Positions 36,971 to 46,779 of a stretch of DNA of 64,000 nucleotides are shown one piece after another. The DNA lies in NCBI GenBank assembly GCA_021159365.1, contig JAGGRY010000036.1, positions 4,840 through 68,839 of the forward strand. Reading direction: 5' to 3'. Position numbers and translations under genes: made by a program. This DNA comes from Nitrososphaerota archaeon (lineage in GTDB: Archaea > Thermoproteota > Nitrososphaeria_A > Caldarchaeales > Wolframiiraptoraceae). The first letter of the stretch is position 1. Every line of letters begins with the position of its first letter. The notes beneath the pieces are model-generated. The model did no database searches, was not told the origin of the DNA, and was given only the letters and a program-made list of their open reading frames with translations.

Positions 36971-38158
36971 TTGAAATATTCTCATGACAAAGATAGCCTG
37001 GAGATGCTCATAAGACTTCCTAGAAGAGTTTCGGAGAAGGAGTGCGTCGTCTGTGGCAGGAGATCAAAGCTTATCTCAAACTCCATCAAGGTGTGCGTTG
37101 ACTGCTTGAGGGAGAAACCTGAAAAATCGTTAATGTATTCGATGAAAACTCATGAAGAGATTAGGAGAAGATTCGGGCTTCCGCCAAGTCCCCCTAGATC
37201 GAAAGATGGCGTCAAATGCAATCTATGCAGTGCTGAGTGTATGATAGGGGAAGGCGAGAGAAGCTATTGCGGATTAAGGGAAAATAGGGGTGGAAGGCTA
37301 TTCTCAATGGTTGACGCCGAAAACGCATTACTCCACTACTACCTCGATCCCCATGTCACGAACTGCTGTAATGCCTGGTTTTGCCCAGCTGGAACCGGAT
37401 CCGGATACCCGAATTATGCCGTTAGAGACGGCCCTGAATATGGCTACTATAATCTTGCCCTATTCTTCTATGGATGCAGCTTTGACTGCCTCTTCTGCCA
37501 AAATTGGAGTCATAAGAATTTGAAGGATGCGGAGAAGGTTCATGTGAGGGAGATCGTGGATCTAACCCTGAGAGATGGGAGGATAACTTGCTGGTGCTGG
37601 TTCGGTGGGACTCCTGAACCCCAACTTCCATTCGCGATAAATGCTTCGAGACTCATCCTAGAAGAGAAACCAAGGAATAGGATCATGAGAATATGCTTTG
37701 AATGGAATGGGTCTGGAAACCCGAGTCTCGTTAAGAAGGCGGCTGAACTATCATTTGAGAGCGGAGGAAACATAAAATTCGATTTAAAAGCTTTCACTCC
37801 AAGTGTTCACATGGCCTTAACTGGAAGAGATAATAAACGGACATTTGAGAACTTCGAATTAATCTATCGAGAATTTTATGAGAAGAGGAGGGATGTTCCA
37901 GTTTTGGCCGCCACGACTCTCCTCGTCCCACATTATGTTGATGAGTATGAGGTTTCAAGGATAGCTGAATTCATAGCGAGCCTAGATCCAGAGATACCAT
38001 ACAGTCTTCTAATATTTCACCCAGACTTCATGATGAATGATGTGACGGTGACTCCGAAAGAACAGGTTGAGAACTGCTATAGAGCTGCGAAGAGATATTT
38101 GAAGAATGTGAATATAGGGAATATCGCCTTACTAGGACTTGCTGAGGCTGGATTATAG
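36971..38158 (+). CDS. Radical SAM protein (PflA/AmrS-like activase family) with N-terminal Zn ribbon
   Basis: CxxxCxxC cluster motif [13 protein letters not shown]-terminal CVVCG...CVDC. Confidence 0.7.
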   Translation: MKYSHDKDSLEMLIRLPRRVSEKECVVCGRRSKLISNSIKVCVDCLREKPEKSLMYSMKTHEEIRRRFGLPPSPPRSKDGVKCNLCSAECMIGEGERSYCGLRENRGGRLFSMVDAENALLHYYLDPHVTNCCNAWFCPAGTGSGYPNYAVRDGPEYGYYNLALFFYGCSFDCLFCQNWSHKNLKDAEKVHVREIVDLTLRDGRITCWCWFGGTPEPQLPFAINASRLILEEKPRNRIMRICFEWNGSGNPSLVKKAAELSFESGGNIKFDLKAFTPSVHMALTGRDNKRTFENFELIYREFYEKRRDVPVLAATTLLVPHYVDEYEVSRIAEFIASLDPEIPYSLLIFHPDFMMNDVTVTPKEQVENCYRAAKRYLKNVNIGNIALLGLAEAGL

Positions 38159-39292
38159 TCCCCAGCTAACTGGAACGAATCTATAGTCGCTCATGAATCC
38201 GGGCGGAGGTCTACCGTAGATCGCTATCGGGTATCCGCAGAACTTACACCTATTCTTATCATCTAGATTCCATGAGAGGATGTCGAATCCATGTCTCTCA
38301 ACCACCACCTTACCGCATTCAGGGCAATATGTGCTCTCATATGGATGGCCTGGAACATTTCCGATATAGACATATTTCATGCCTTCTTCCTTAGCGATCT
38401 CATAATGCTTCTCAAGAGTCTTAACGGGGGTTACCGGGAGATCTAGAAGCTTATAATCTGGATGAAATCTGAGGAAGTGGATCGGAATATCTGGGCCAAG
38501 ATTGTCATAGATCCATTTCACGAGCTTTCTCGCAGCATTCAAATCGTCTCCGATTCTCGGAACGACCAAATCCGTTATCTCAATGTGGATATTCGTCTTA
38601 TCCCTTATCTCAAGAAGCGTCTGGAATATCGGCTCAGGGCTTGGAACACCAGCAAACCTTCTCAAGAAATCTCTATCAGCATTTCCCTTAAAGTCCACGG
38701 TCGCGGCGTCGAGGAAATCTTTCGCCTCATTAACTGATTCAGGTGTCCAGTAACCATTTGTGACGAATACATTTACCAAGCCTTCTCTTCTCGCTATGAC
38801 TCCGACATCGTGAGCGAATTCCATGAAGATCGTCGGCTCATTATAGGTGTATGCGATTCCATGACTTCCATGCTTCTTAGCCATCTTAACGATCATCTCA
38901 GGGGTGACATCCACGCCCTCAACCTTCCTCCTCTGACTGATATCATAGTTTTGACAATATTGGCATGCCCAATTACATCCAGTAGTAGCTATGGAGAAGA
39001 CCTTGGATCCAGGCGCAAAGTGGACTAAGGGCTTCTTCTCAATTGGATCTACGTGGGCGGTGATTATCTTTCCATAAACGAGCAGGTAAAGGGTTCCATC
39101 CACATTCATCCTAACACCGCAAAATCCAACTTGGCCGGGCTTAAGCCTACAATATCTTGGACAAGCCTTACACATGACCACCTTATCTCCAATCCTCTCG
39201 AAGAGCCTCGCAGGCGCTCCAGTGACTTTCATATTCTCATCTCGTTTCAACATCTTTAGCAGACCATATAAGGCTTTTGATTCGAGGATCAT
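38153..39292 (-). CDS. AmmeMemoRadiSam-system-type radical SAM enzyme (AmrS-like)
   Basis: [21 protein letters not shown], then [16 protein letters not shown]-terminal CPECG...CKFCG ribbon. Confidence 0.65.
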   Translation of the reverse strand: MILESKALYGLLKMLKRDENMKVTGAPARLFERIGDKVVMCKACPRYCRLKPGQVGFCGVRMNVDGTLYLLVYGKIITAHVDPIEKKPLVHFAPGSKVFSIATTGCNWACQYCQNYDISQRRKVEGVDVTPEMIVKMAKKHGSHGIAYTYNEPTIFMEFAHDVGVIARREGLVNVFVTNGYWTPESVNEAKDFLDAATVDFKGNADRDFLRRFAGVPSPEPIFQTLLEIRDKTNIHIEITDLVVPRIGDDLNAARKLVKWIYDNLGPDIPIHFLRFHPDYKLLDLPVTPVKTLEKHYEIAKEEGMKYVYIGNVPGHPYESTYCPECGKVVVERHGFDILSWNLDDKNRCKFCGYPIAIYGRPPPGFMSDYRFVPVSWGL

Positions 39293-39747
39293 TTAAATCC
39301 TCGGAGACCCGATTATCGACGATCTTGAAGGGAGTTTACCTACTATTGTTAACGGTTGGACGCGATCTGAGAATACGGGTTGGATCTTTAGGAGTCATCG
39401 AGTTTAAGAAAGGTTACTACATCTATGTCGGATCAGGTCAAATGAATCTCGAGAAGAGGATTCAAAGACACAAGAGAAAAATCAAGAAGGTTAAGTGGCA
39501 TATAGACTACTTAACGACGAACAGCGACGTCAAAGTCATAGAAGCGGCGGCATACGATTTACCGAAAAAATATGAGTGCATGCTTGCAGATATGCTAAGG
39601 AGTATGATGTTCAAACCCATCAAGGGCTTTGGATCAACTGATTGCAAATGTATCTCGCATTTATATGAGATTGATAGAGATTTCGATCAAATAATCGATG
39701 AAGTCTCGGATAAAGTTCGCATTAAGCCCATAAAACTGGATCCATGA
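39277..39747 (+). CDS. DUF123 / GIY-YIG superfamily nuclease-like protein
   Basis: GVYLLLL...[35 protein letters not shown] matches the DUF123 pattern (GIY-YIG-like core with WHIDYL). Confidence 0.65.
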   Translation: MIRGSFKSSETRLSTILKGVYLLLLTVGRDLRIRVGSLGVIEFKKGYYIYVGSGQMNLEKRIQRHKRKIKKVKWHIDYLTTNSDVKVIEAAAYDLPKKYECMLADMLRSMMFKPIKGFGSTDCKCISHLYEIDRDFDQIIDEVSDKVRIKPIKLDP

Positions 39748-39749
39748 AC

Positions 39750-39959
39750 TCATCTCTTCCTTCTGCCTCTTGTAGATCTCTTTGAAATCTTCTCAATTAT
39801 CATCCGAGAATTATTTACGTCAACCGATATCGCGAGCTCATCCCCCTCCTTAAACGGAAATTGACTATCATGTGCGAGTTTGGCCGGTATGTGAATGTAA
39901 TAATATTCGTTACCACTTACATGAATCTTCTTCCTCAGATGACTCTTTGCCTTTAACAT
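39750..39959 (-). CDS. Small AbrB/SpoVT-like protein with basic tail
   Basis: 69 aa. YYYIHIPAKLAHDSQFPFKEGDELAISV resembles a swapped-hairpin barrel. The C-terminus is RSTRGRRKR. Confidence 0.4.
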   Translation of the reverse strand: MLKAKSHLRKKIHVSGNEYYYIHIPAKLAHDSQFPFKEGDELAISVDVNNSRMIIEKISKRSTRGRRKR

Positions 39960-40102
39960 CTCCGCTCGCCTCCTATATGGTGGGGAGATTGATATATAAA
40001 AATTATTGATAAAAAAAGGTTATGATTTTTGGAGAACCAGCTTTAAAGGATTCTGGGAAACCTTTTTATTGCGCTCCCTATCGATTGGATTTAAGCCTAG
40101 AG

Positions 40103-40327
40103 ATGGGAAGAGTTAGGACTAGGAAGGTAAAGGTGCTGGCTAGGGAGATCTTAAAGACATTTCCAGATAGGGTTACAACCGATTTTGAGCTTAATAAGAA
40201 GCTCGTCGGCGAAGTCTTGGTTGGAAGGGTCTCGAAAAAGCTCAGGAATAAGGTGGCGGGATATCTAACGGCTCTCGCTAAAAAGCTTGAGGCCGAGAAG
40301 CGGGAAGCCGAAGAGGTAACCGCTTAA
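40103..40327 (+). CDS. rps17e: 30S ribosomal protein S17e
   Basis: MGRVRTRKVKVLAREILKTFPDRVTTDFELNKKLV is the canonical S17e start. The ORF-track start at 40022 is probably an upstream extension. Confidence 0.85.
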   Translation: MGRVRTRKVKVLAREILKTFPDRVTTDFELNKKLVGEVLVGRVSKKLRNKVAGYLTALAKKLEAEKREAEEVTA

Positions 40328-40329
40328 AT

Positions 40330-40701
40330 ATGGGGATTACGGATGATCGATTGCCCGATGATGAGGATGACCTGCGCGGAGCATATATGAGGAGGATGCA
40401 CCTCCCTGAGGGTTTGAGGATGAATGGCTCTATCTCGATAAGGTTGATCGGTCTCCTAGGAGATCTTGTTGGAACGAATTCCTTGGAGATCGAGGTTGAA
40501 GGCGAGCTTGGGCTTCTACAAGTCTTAAACAGGCTTCCAGAGGGGCTTAAAAGGGAAGTCTTAGATAAGCTGGGAGAGCCGTCTCCAAGGATCTTAATCT
40601 TGGTTAATGGAGTCGAGGTTACGAGTTTCGGCGATCTCGAGAAGATTAGGGTTGGAGCTGGAGATGAGATAGTTTTAATACCGATAATTCACGGAGGCTA
40701 A
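40330..40701 (+). CDS. Urm1/SAMP-like beta-grasp ubiquitin-fold protein ending in -HGG
   Basis: C-terminal 89 aa: ISIRLIGLLGDLVG...RILILVNGVEVTSFGDLEKIRVGAGDEIVLIPIIHGG-stop. This parallels the Urm1 C-terminus (..LINDxDWEL....L.DGDxIxFxSTLHGG). The N-terminal 30 aa acidic extension may not be translated (internal ATGs exist). Confidence 0.65.
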   Translation: MGITDDRLPDDEDDLRGAYMRRMHLPEGLRMNGSISIRLIGLLGDLVGTNSLEIEVEGELGLLQVLNRLPEGLKREVLDKLGEPSPRILILVNGVEVTSFGDLEKIRVGAGDEIVLIPIIHGG

Positions 40702-41271
40702 ATGTTGAGCCTCACATGCTTTGGGGATAAGTGGGTTATGGCAGGAGTTTGTCGAGGGGTTCGAGGAGAAGTCTTAAGAGATCCCTTAAAAATTCTCGAA
40801 GATCTCAAAGCGTTGGGAGAAGACTTCTCAGCTCAAATCTTCGACGCGGAGCCCATAATCTCGCTAAGGCAGATACATGCAGCTGCGGTTGCGGCCTACC
40901 TCTCATTTAAGGCGGGGGTCAACATATCTAAAAGACTTGAGATAGAGTTTCTCTTGAGACTTGCCGCTGATACTCAAATTGATAGAGCTTTAGAGAAGAT
41001 CGGTGTTAAGCCTAATTCAAAGGAGGTTGGATTCTGCATCTTCGCAGATAATAGGGAAAAGGTGATTGAGGTTGGGAAGGCGGCGCTTAGGATTCTCGGC
41101 GGAGAAGCTCTCACAGACACTGAGCTTGGAGCAGAGGATAGAATAGGGAGCGCCCTTAGGTTCTATGAGATAGATGAATTGGAGCTCGAGAATGTTCAAG
41201 CAGGTTCACGGCTTCAAGCTGCCCTCCTCTTAATCCTTGAGAGGATAGCGACTCTCGATATCAAGCGTTAA
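40702..41271 (+). CDS. cgi121: KEOPS complex subunit Cgi121
   Basis: 189 aa. IISLRQIHAAAVAAYLSFKAGVNISKRLEIEFLLRLAADTQIDRALEKIGV is the Cgi121 pattern. The start abuts the upstream stop. Confidence 0.7.
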   Translation: MLSLTCFGDKWVMAGVCRGVRGEVLRDPLKILEDLKALGEDFSAQIFDAEPIISLRQIHAAAVAAYLSFKAGVNISKRLEIEFLLRLAADTQIDRALEKIGVKPNSKEVGFCIFADNREKVIEVGKAALRILGGEALTDTELGAEDRIGSALRFYEIDELELENVQAGSRLQAALLLILERIATLDIKR

Positions 41272-41898
41272 ATCCAGCTCTTCGCAAACCTCTTTAAGTC
41301 TCTCAATAGTTATCGAGCCTAGTCTCAGAATCTTTAGTCTATCATCGTTCACGAGTTTTATCACGGTTGAAGGTTTACCGGTTAAACATCTTCCACCATC
41401 AATCACCAAATCTACAGAGTTCAATATCTCCTCGTTCAATTCTTGGATACTTTGAGGTGGAGATAGTCCAGAGATGTTTGCGCTCGTCCCGACCAAGAGC
41501 CCTCCTGATTCCTCGATTATGATTAGAGTTTTAAACCATGCAGGTCTCCCAACTCCAACCATTCCATCTTCAGACACGAGCCTTGAACTTCTAAAACTCG
41601 GCTTCGCGTTTAATAAAATGGTTAATTGCCCAGGCCAAAGCTTTGAAGCGATCTTGAATTCGACCTCATTCATCTCAGCGATCTTCTTGATATCGTTAAG
41701 GTCTTTGGCGAGGATGGGCATGGGTTTCCCAGATCTCCTCTTAATTTCATAGACGCGTTTAACCGATTTGTCGTTAAAGGGGTCGCATCCAATTCCATAA
41801 ACGGTGTCTGTTGGAAAGACGATTACTCCTCCTTCTCTGATTATCTTCCCAGCGAGCTTCGCGGAGTGAATCGAAAATTTCAGAATTTTGATTTTCAT
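41230..41898 (-). CDS. sua5: Threonylcarbamoyl-AMP synthase (Sua5/YrdC/TsaC family)
   Basis: GGVIVFPTDTVYGIGCDPFNDKSVKRVYEIKRRSGKPMPIL and GTSANISG motifs. Confidence 0.85.
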   Translation of the reverse strand: MKIKILKFSIHSAKLAGKIIREGGVIVFPTDTVYGIGCDPFNDKSVKRVYEIKRRSGKPMPILAKDLNDIKKIAEMNEVEFKIASKLWPGQLTILLNAKPSFRSSRLVSEDGMVGVGRPAWFKTLIIIEESGGLLVGTSANISGLSPPQSIQELNEEILNSVDLVIDGGRCLTGKPSTVIKLVNDDRLKILRLGSITIERLKEVCEELDLTLDIESRYPLKD

Positions 41899-43073
41899 GG
41901 AAGCGTTCCCAAGGAGGAGTAGAAGGCTTCAAGCGCCGTTCCTTCATCTGCTTCGAAGCCCAGTTTTCTAAGCGTATATGCCAGACCTGTTATCGTGTAG
42001 ACTAGGTATGGTATGTTCGCCGTCATTCCCATATGTCCAACTCTGACGGTCGTGTTCTCAAGCTTACCCATCCCCCTCGCCAAGAGTATGTTGAATCTAT
42101 GAAGCATTTCTTGAATCAATTTTTTAGGCATACCAGATGGAACTTTAATCACAGTTATTGTCGATGAAGCATATTCATCTGGCGCAACGGTCTCCAACCC
42201 CATCGCCCTTACAGCCTCCCTGAAGGCCGCGGCCATCTTTATATGCCTCTCATATCTTTTTTCAAGTCCCTCACTCAAGACTATCTTTAATGCCTCCCTG
42301 AATGCTAGGATTGTATGGGTTGGAACCTCGGTTGGATAAGGTCTGCCGAGCACGCTCCATTTATCGATTGATTCCTTCCAGACTTTTAGGTCTAGGAACC
42401 ATGCCGCAACCTTCCACTTTCTATCTTCTATGATTCTCTCAGCTCTGGGGCTCACGGCCACAGGAGTTATCCCTGTTAAGCCTGAGATCGCCATTCCGCA
42501 GTGGCCTACGCAGTAATCTATGGACCATTCATCAACTCTCAGATCCATTCCGCCGTATGAGGATGAGGCGTCGACCATGAAGAGAGCATTACTATTCTCT
42601 TGAACGACTTTTCCATAGGTCTTAACAGGGTTTCGAACTCCGGTGGATGTCTCGCTATGCATGGTTGCGACCAGATTTACATCTGGATTCTCTTGGAGAG
42701 CAGACTTTAGCTCAGATGGCTTAACTATTTGACCATAATCCGCCTCAACTGTAACCACCTCGCGGCCAAGGTGATGAGCTATATCCACGATTCTCTCTCC
42801 GCAGAATCCATTAACGATCACAAGTAATTTTCCATCAGGTGGAACAAGGTTCGCGATCCCCATCTCCAGAGCAGCTGAATATGGAGCAGGTATCAGGAGG
42901 ATCTCTCCAGATGACCCGAACGGCTTCTTCGCCATCTCCCTAACTTCTTCGAATATCTTCCCCCATCTTCTTCCATAATACGGCATGGGATGCAGGGATA
43001 CGGCTGTCAAGACTCCCGTTGGAACCTCCGATGGCCCTGGAACCATTAATATCGGTCTCTCAACCTTACTCAT
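41895..43073 (-). CDS. Class V aminotransferase (serine-pyruvate / alanine-glyoxylate type)
   Basis: 392 aa. MVPGPSEVP N-terminus and a PLP-fold pattern typical of AGXT/SGAT family enzymes. Confidence 0.7.
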   Translation of the reverse strand: MSKVERPILMVPGPSEVPTGVLTAVSLHPMPYYGRRWGKIFEEVREMAKKPFGSSGEILLIPAPYSAALEMGIANLVPPDGKLLVIVNGFCGERIVDIAHHLGREVVTVEADYGQIVKPSELKSALQENPDVNLVATMHSETSTGVRNPVKTYGKVVQENSNALFMVDASSSYGGMDLRVDEWSIDYCVGHCGMAISGLTGITPVAVSPRAERIIEDRKWKVAAWFLDLKVWKESIDKWSVLGRPYPTEVPTHTILAFREALKIVLSEGLEKRYERHIKMAAAFREAVRAMGLETVAPDEYASSTITVIKVPSGMPKKLIQEMLHRFNILLARGMGKLENTTVRVGHMGMTANIPYLVYTITGLAYTLRKLGFEADEGTALEAFYSSLGTLP

Positions 43074-43177
43074 GTCTTCTCCTACCCTCGTAAATTGTGT
43101 AAGTTCTAGCTTAAAATCCTTCCACGCGTCCCTCCCTATCGAATATTTCGGGGTCTAAATCTAGGATTATCCCAATC

Positions 43178-44029
43178 TTACAGCTCTTTAATAAATTCGT
43201 CGATAAGCTTATTCAGATCACTCGCTCTCTCATAGAGTACTAAGTGGCCCGCTTTCTCCAAGATTACAAGCCTCGAATTTGGCAGTAGCTCATGGATTTT
43301 AATGCTCTCATCCTTCGGCGTTACCTTATCATCTTCTCCCACAATTATCAAGGTTGGAGCATTAACCTCTGAAAGCCAGTTAGATGCATCATAATCTTTG
43401 AAGAACTTCATATATCTGAATACATGAGCTGGAAGGCTCTCAAGATATTCTTTGTTATCTTCAAGGAATTCCCCAAATATTTCATCCGATGTCGATGGAC
43501 TGAAGAATAAGTCTCTATACATCTTCCTCGTAAATGGATTCTCTGTGAAGAATAATCTCCTCCAAAATATCGGCGGAAGATGCCAGATTATCTTGTCGAT
43601 GATGTCAGGTTTAATCTTGACTAGAGAGCCTATCAAGACTAATCCCTTAATGACGTGATCCCTAGCATATGCTTGAGCGACCATGCCTCCAAAGCTGTGA
43701 CCAATTAAAACTGCATCCTCGGCCGAGATATCGAGCTTGCTCATGAGAGATGTAAGGTCATCGAGATAATCCTTCAACGTCACCTCAATAGGTTTATCGG
43801 ATTCTCCGTATCCCCGCTGATCATATGCAATCACCCTATACTTTCCCTCAAAATAACTTATTTGATATTTCCAGTTTGAGATCTGTCCAGGTGATCCATG
43901 GAGGAAGATGATCGTTAATGGAGTTTGATAGCTGTATCTCTTCGACGAATCATATACTCGTATCTTCAAGCCGTTCAACTCGATGAAGAGGAGATTGCTT
44001 TGATCGATTGAAGTTCTCTCACTTGACAT
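43178..44029 (-). CDS. Alpha/beta hydrolase
   Basis: FLHGSPG, the nucleophile elbow GHSFGG, and a C-terminal GH of the catalytic triad. Confidence 0.8.
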   Translation of the reverse strand: MSSERTSIDQSNLLFIELNGLKIRVYDSSKRYSYQTPLTIIFLHGSPGQISNWKYQISYFEGKYRVIAYDQRGYGESDKPIEVTLKDYLDDLTSLMSKLDISAEDAVLIGHSFGGMVAQAYARDHVIKGLVLIGSLVKIKPDIIDKIIWHLPPIFWRRLFFTENPFTRKMYRDLFFSPSTSDEIFGEFLEDNKEYLESLPAHVFRYMKFFKDYDASNWLSEVNAPTLIIVGEDDKVTPKDESIKIHELLPNSRLVILEKAGHLVLYERASDLNKLIDEFIKEL

Positions 44030-44065
44030 GTAGCTGATCTTCGCTTAGGTGGCTTATAGAAGTTT

Positions 44066-44485
44066 CTATTTCTCCATCTCTTTAAGATGCTTTACTATGG
44101 CTTCGTTCGCGAGTTCATCAGCTTCAGCGTTAAGTTCTCTTGGAACATATTTTATCTCAAATTCCTTGAAGTTTTTGAGAAGCTTAACGCATTCTAGGTG
44201 AAGCCTCTTAAGCTTTTCATCCCTAACAGAATATATTCCCTTAACTTGCTTCACTACCAGTTCGCTATCAGAGTATAACTCAACTTTCTCTGCATCCAGC
44301 TGTATGGCTCTTCTCAAAGCCTCGATTAAGGCGTGATACTCGGCTTCATTATTCGTTCCAAAACCGATAAACTTTGAGAGCTTATCCAAAACTCTCCCAA
44401 GCTCGTCCAAGATTATTATTCCAATACCTGATGGCCCAGGATTTCCATGTGAAGATCCATCGAAAAATATCTTCAGAGTCTTCAA
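44066..44485 (-). CDS. rnhA: Ribonuclease HI (type 1 RNase H)
   Basis: FDGSSHGNPGPSGIGIII, NNEAEYHALIEAL, YSDSELVV and NAEADELAN are the DEDD catalytic motifs. Confidence 0.85.
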   Translation of the reverse strand: MKTLKIFFDGSSHGNPGPSGIGIIILDELGRVLDKLSKFIGFGTNNEAEYHALIEALRRAIQLDAEKVELYSDSELVVKQVKGIYSVRDEKLKRLHLECVKLLKNFKEFEIKYVPRELNAEADELANEAIVKHLKEMEK

Positions 44486-44991
44486 GCCGCCTTACTCGCC
44501 GCAAGCTCTCTGATTAAGACCCTATATCTCTTCGGAAGCTTCTTCGCCGCGGTCCTCAAAGCCTTCTTCGCTTCCTCAACCCCATTGCTGTATGTTAGGA
44601 CTCTGAATACAGGTGATCCCTTCCTAACTCTCGCAGCTCTACCAACGGGTTTTCCAAAGGCTCTCCTCATTCCTTCCTGAAGCCTGTCCGCGTGGGCTCC
44701 GAAGATCATCTTATTCTCTCTCAGAACGTGGTGTGGATGGGCTTTAAGCTCTAGGAAGAAATTGTCTCCGCCGAGCTTCGATGTAAGCTGCTTACCTATC
44801 GTGACTCTAGCCGATTCAAGCGCCACATCCCTGACCTGCAGGTCTTCCTCGGCGATCAACAGCAGCTCATGGGTATAGTCCTCTTTATAGGCGCCCATCG
44901 TGTATTTCGCTATCCTAGGCTGAGGAGCTCCATGAATATAATCCTCTCTAGTATATGGCCTCTCAGCAGCCCTCCAATTCTTCGCCTTCAT
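44482..44991 (-). CDS. rpl10e: 50S ribosomal protein L10e (uL16)
   Basis: RPYTREDYIHGAPQPRIAKYTMG ... HPHHVLRENKM pattern. Confidence 0.9.
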   Translation of the reverse strand: MKAKNWRAAERPYTREDYIHGAPQPRIAKYTMGAYKEDYTHELLLIAEEDLQVRDVALESARVTIGKQLTSKLGGDNFFLELKAHPHHVLRENKMIFGAHADRLQEGMRRAFGKPVGRAARVRKGSPVFRVLTYSNGVEEAKKALRTAAKKLPKRYRVLIRELAASKAA

Positions 44992-45024
44992 CTCAATCTC
45001 CCCTCAAAGATCTGATCACAGCAC

Positions 45025-45789
45025 CTATTTAGCCTTCAACTCTAGGAACTTCTCCGAGATGGAGAGTAATTGGGATGGTGTTAATTGGTAAACCCTCTTC
45101 GACAGAAGTTCATTTCCAAAGACTTCGAATAAATCGGCGGCCAAACCCTTCTTTTTCACGAGATCTCTCAAGATGTGCCTTAACCCTTGTCTTCTCCTCG
45201 TGAAGAGGAATTTGATGAACTTCTTAACCTCTTCATCGAGTTTCTGAACATTTTTCTTCCTCTTCATCAAGACTATTACTGAGTCGACTTTAGGCATAGG
45301 CCTGAACAGGTTTCGGGGGATGAATTCGACGATGCTTGAGTCATAGAATAGGTTTGAGAGGAATGATATGTATAGATATTTCATGGAGCCCGGCTTGGCC
45401 ATGAGCTTTGATGCAAACTCCTTTTGAAGCGTTAAAACAATTCTCTCAACACCTTCATAGATCAGCCATTCAAGGAGCTTAGTCGAGATGCTGTATGGAG
45501 GATTTGAGACCACTTTATTGAAGCCGCTTGGCTTAAGCTTGAGAATGTCTCCGACCAAGAGCTCAACATTATCATAATCCTTCAGCCTCTTTCTCGCTTC
45601 ATTCGCCAATTCTCGATCGAGTTCAACCGCTATTACTTTACCAGCTTTCTCGGCGAGTTTTACCGTGAGTTCTCCTCTCCCAGCTCCAACATCCAAAACT
45701 ACGTCATTCTCCGCGACCTCGCCGTATTGAACCATTCTATCGAGAATTTTCTCATCTATTAGGAAGTGTTGGCCGAGTTTTCTCCTCAT
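45025..45789 (-). CDS. ksgA: 16S rRNA (adenine1518/1519-N6)-dimethyltransferase KsgA/Dim1
   Basis: LGQHFLID, LDVGAGRGELT and VSNPPYSIST motifs. Confidence 0.9.
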   Translation of the reverse strand: MRRKLGQHFLIDEKILDRMVQYGEVAENDVVLDVGAGRGELTVKLAEKAGKVIAVELDRELANEARKRLKDYDNVELLVGDILKLKPSGFNKVVSNPPYSISTKLLEWLIYEGVERIVLTLQKEFASKLMAKPGSMKYLYISFLSNLFYDSSIVEFIPRNLFRPMPKVDSVIVLMKRKKNVQKLDEEVKKFIKFLFTRRRQGLRHILRDLVKKKGLAADLFEVFGNELLSKRVYQLTPSQLLSISEKFLELKAK

Positions 45790-46385
45790 ATTGGTGGGCT
45801 CGCTCTTCTGATGGGCTCCCTCACGAATAGCCTATGCCTCTCCTCATGATTCGTGAGCTCTTGGAGGATTCTCTGGACGAGTATCCTGACAGGATCCTGA
45901 ATCTTACCCCTCTTCTTCAAGTCTTCATAGCTTTCGAACGGCTTCATTTCTCTCTCAGCAATGATCTTCAAGGCTATCTTCTTACCTATACCGGGCATAA
46001 GTTCTAACGCGTGCATTCTAGGAGTTACGGGAGTGCATTTATTGAAGAATTCCACAAATCTCTTCTCATTCGACTCAACTATCTTTCTGACGGCGTTCTC
46101 AAGCTCATTCTTCGCATTTTGAGTCAAATCCTCGTAATTTATCCTCCTAATGATCCTCAAGATGCTTCTCGGGACATCCTTGCCTACATAGATCCTAGTC
46201 CCTATTGGGGGCTTATGTTTAGGCGAGACGGCGGCTTCAAGCAGAGTGAAGAAGTCTTCACCTAAGAGCTGAATTATGAGTTCTCCTCGTGAAAGGGTTA
46301 TGTTTGGGAGTTTTGCCTTAAGCTCAGAAGCTGGATAGATGTCTAAAACGTATGCAAAATCTTCATATTTCTTCTGTCTAACCAA
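45786..46385 (-). CDS. DUF655 family RNA/nucleotide-binding protein (OB fold plus HhH)
   Basis: FAYVLDIYP start and the C-terminal HALELMPGIGKKIALKIIAERE helix-hairpin-helix. It holds the conserved position between rpoF and ksgA. Confidence 0.75.
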   Translation of the reverse strand: MVRQKKYEDFAYVLDIYPASELKAKLPNITLSRGELIIQLLGEDFFTLLEAAVSPKHKPPIGTRIYVGKDVPRSILRIIRRINYEDLTQNAKNELENAVRKIVESNEKRFVEFFNKCTPVTPRMHALELMPGIGKKIALKIIAEREMKPFESYEDLKKRGKIQDPVRILVQRILQELTNHEERHRLFVREPIRRASPPI

Positions 46386-46414
46386 AGGCCAACAACTCCA
46401 CAGCTCAGATCAGT

Positions 46415-46774
46415 TTATTCTTCTCCACCCATCTCTAAATACTTCTTGATCAAGTCGATTATCGCCCGCATCTTCTCCTCTGAGAAGAGCAGGAATGAGA
46501 CGAGCCTCTTATATCCGCTGAGTATGGCCCTGAGTTCCTCGATGTGCGTCGGACATATATCGACTATTTGGACAGCTTCTTCCCTCGTAAGCTCGAACTT
46601 CTCCATGAGTTCCTTGATGAGTTTCTCGGCTGCCTCGCTTGGAAGCTTCGAGTACTTCCTAACATAGTTTAAGACTCTGAGCTGCATGGAGTTTAACTCT
46701 TCTTCCCTCTTCTCCATCAACCGTTTAACTTCCGGTAATGAGAGCGGGGTTTGGGATAAGATCTTCTTAACCAT
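46415..46774 (-). CDS. rpoF: DNA-directed RNA polymerase subunit F (Rpo4)
   Basis: 119 aa helical protein (LSLPEVKRLMEKREEE...). It sits in the conserved L21e-RpoF-DUF655-KsgA context. Confidence 0.75.
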   Translation of the reverse strand: MVKKILSQTPLSLPEVKRLMEKREEELNSMQLRVLNYVRKYSKLPSEAAEKLIKELMEKFELTREEAVQIVDICPTHIEELRAILSGYKRLVSFLLFSEEKMRAIIDLIKKYLEMGGEE

Positions 46775-46779
46775 TCTTC

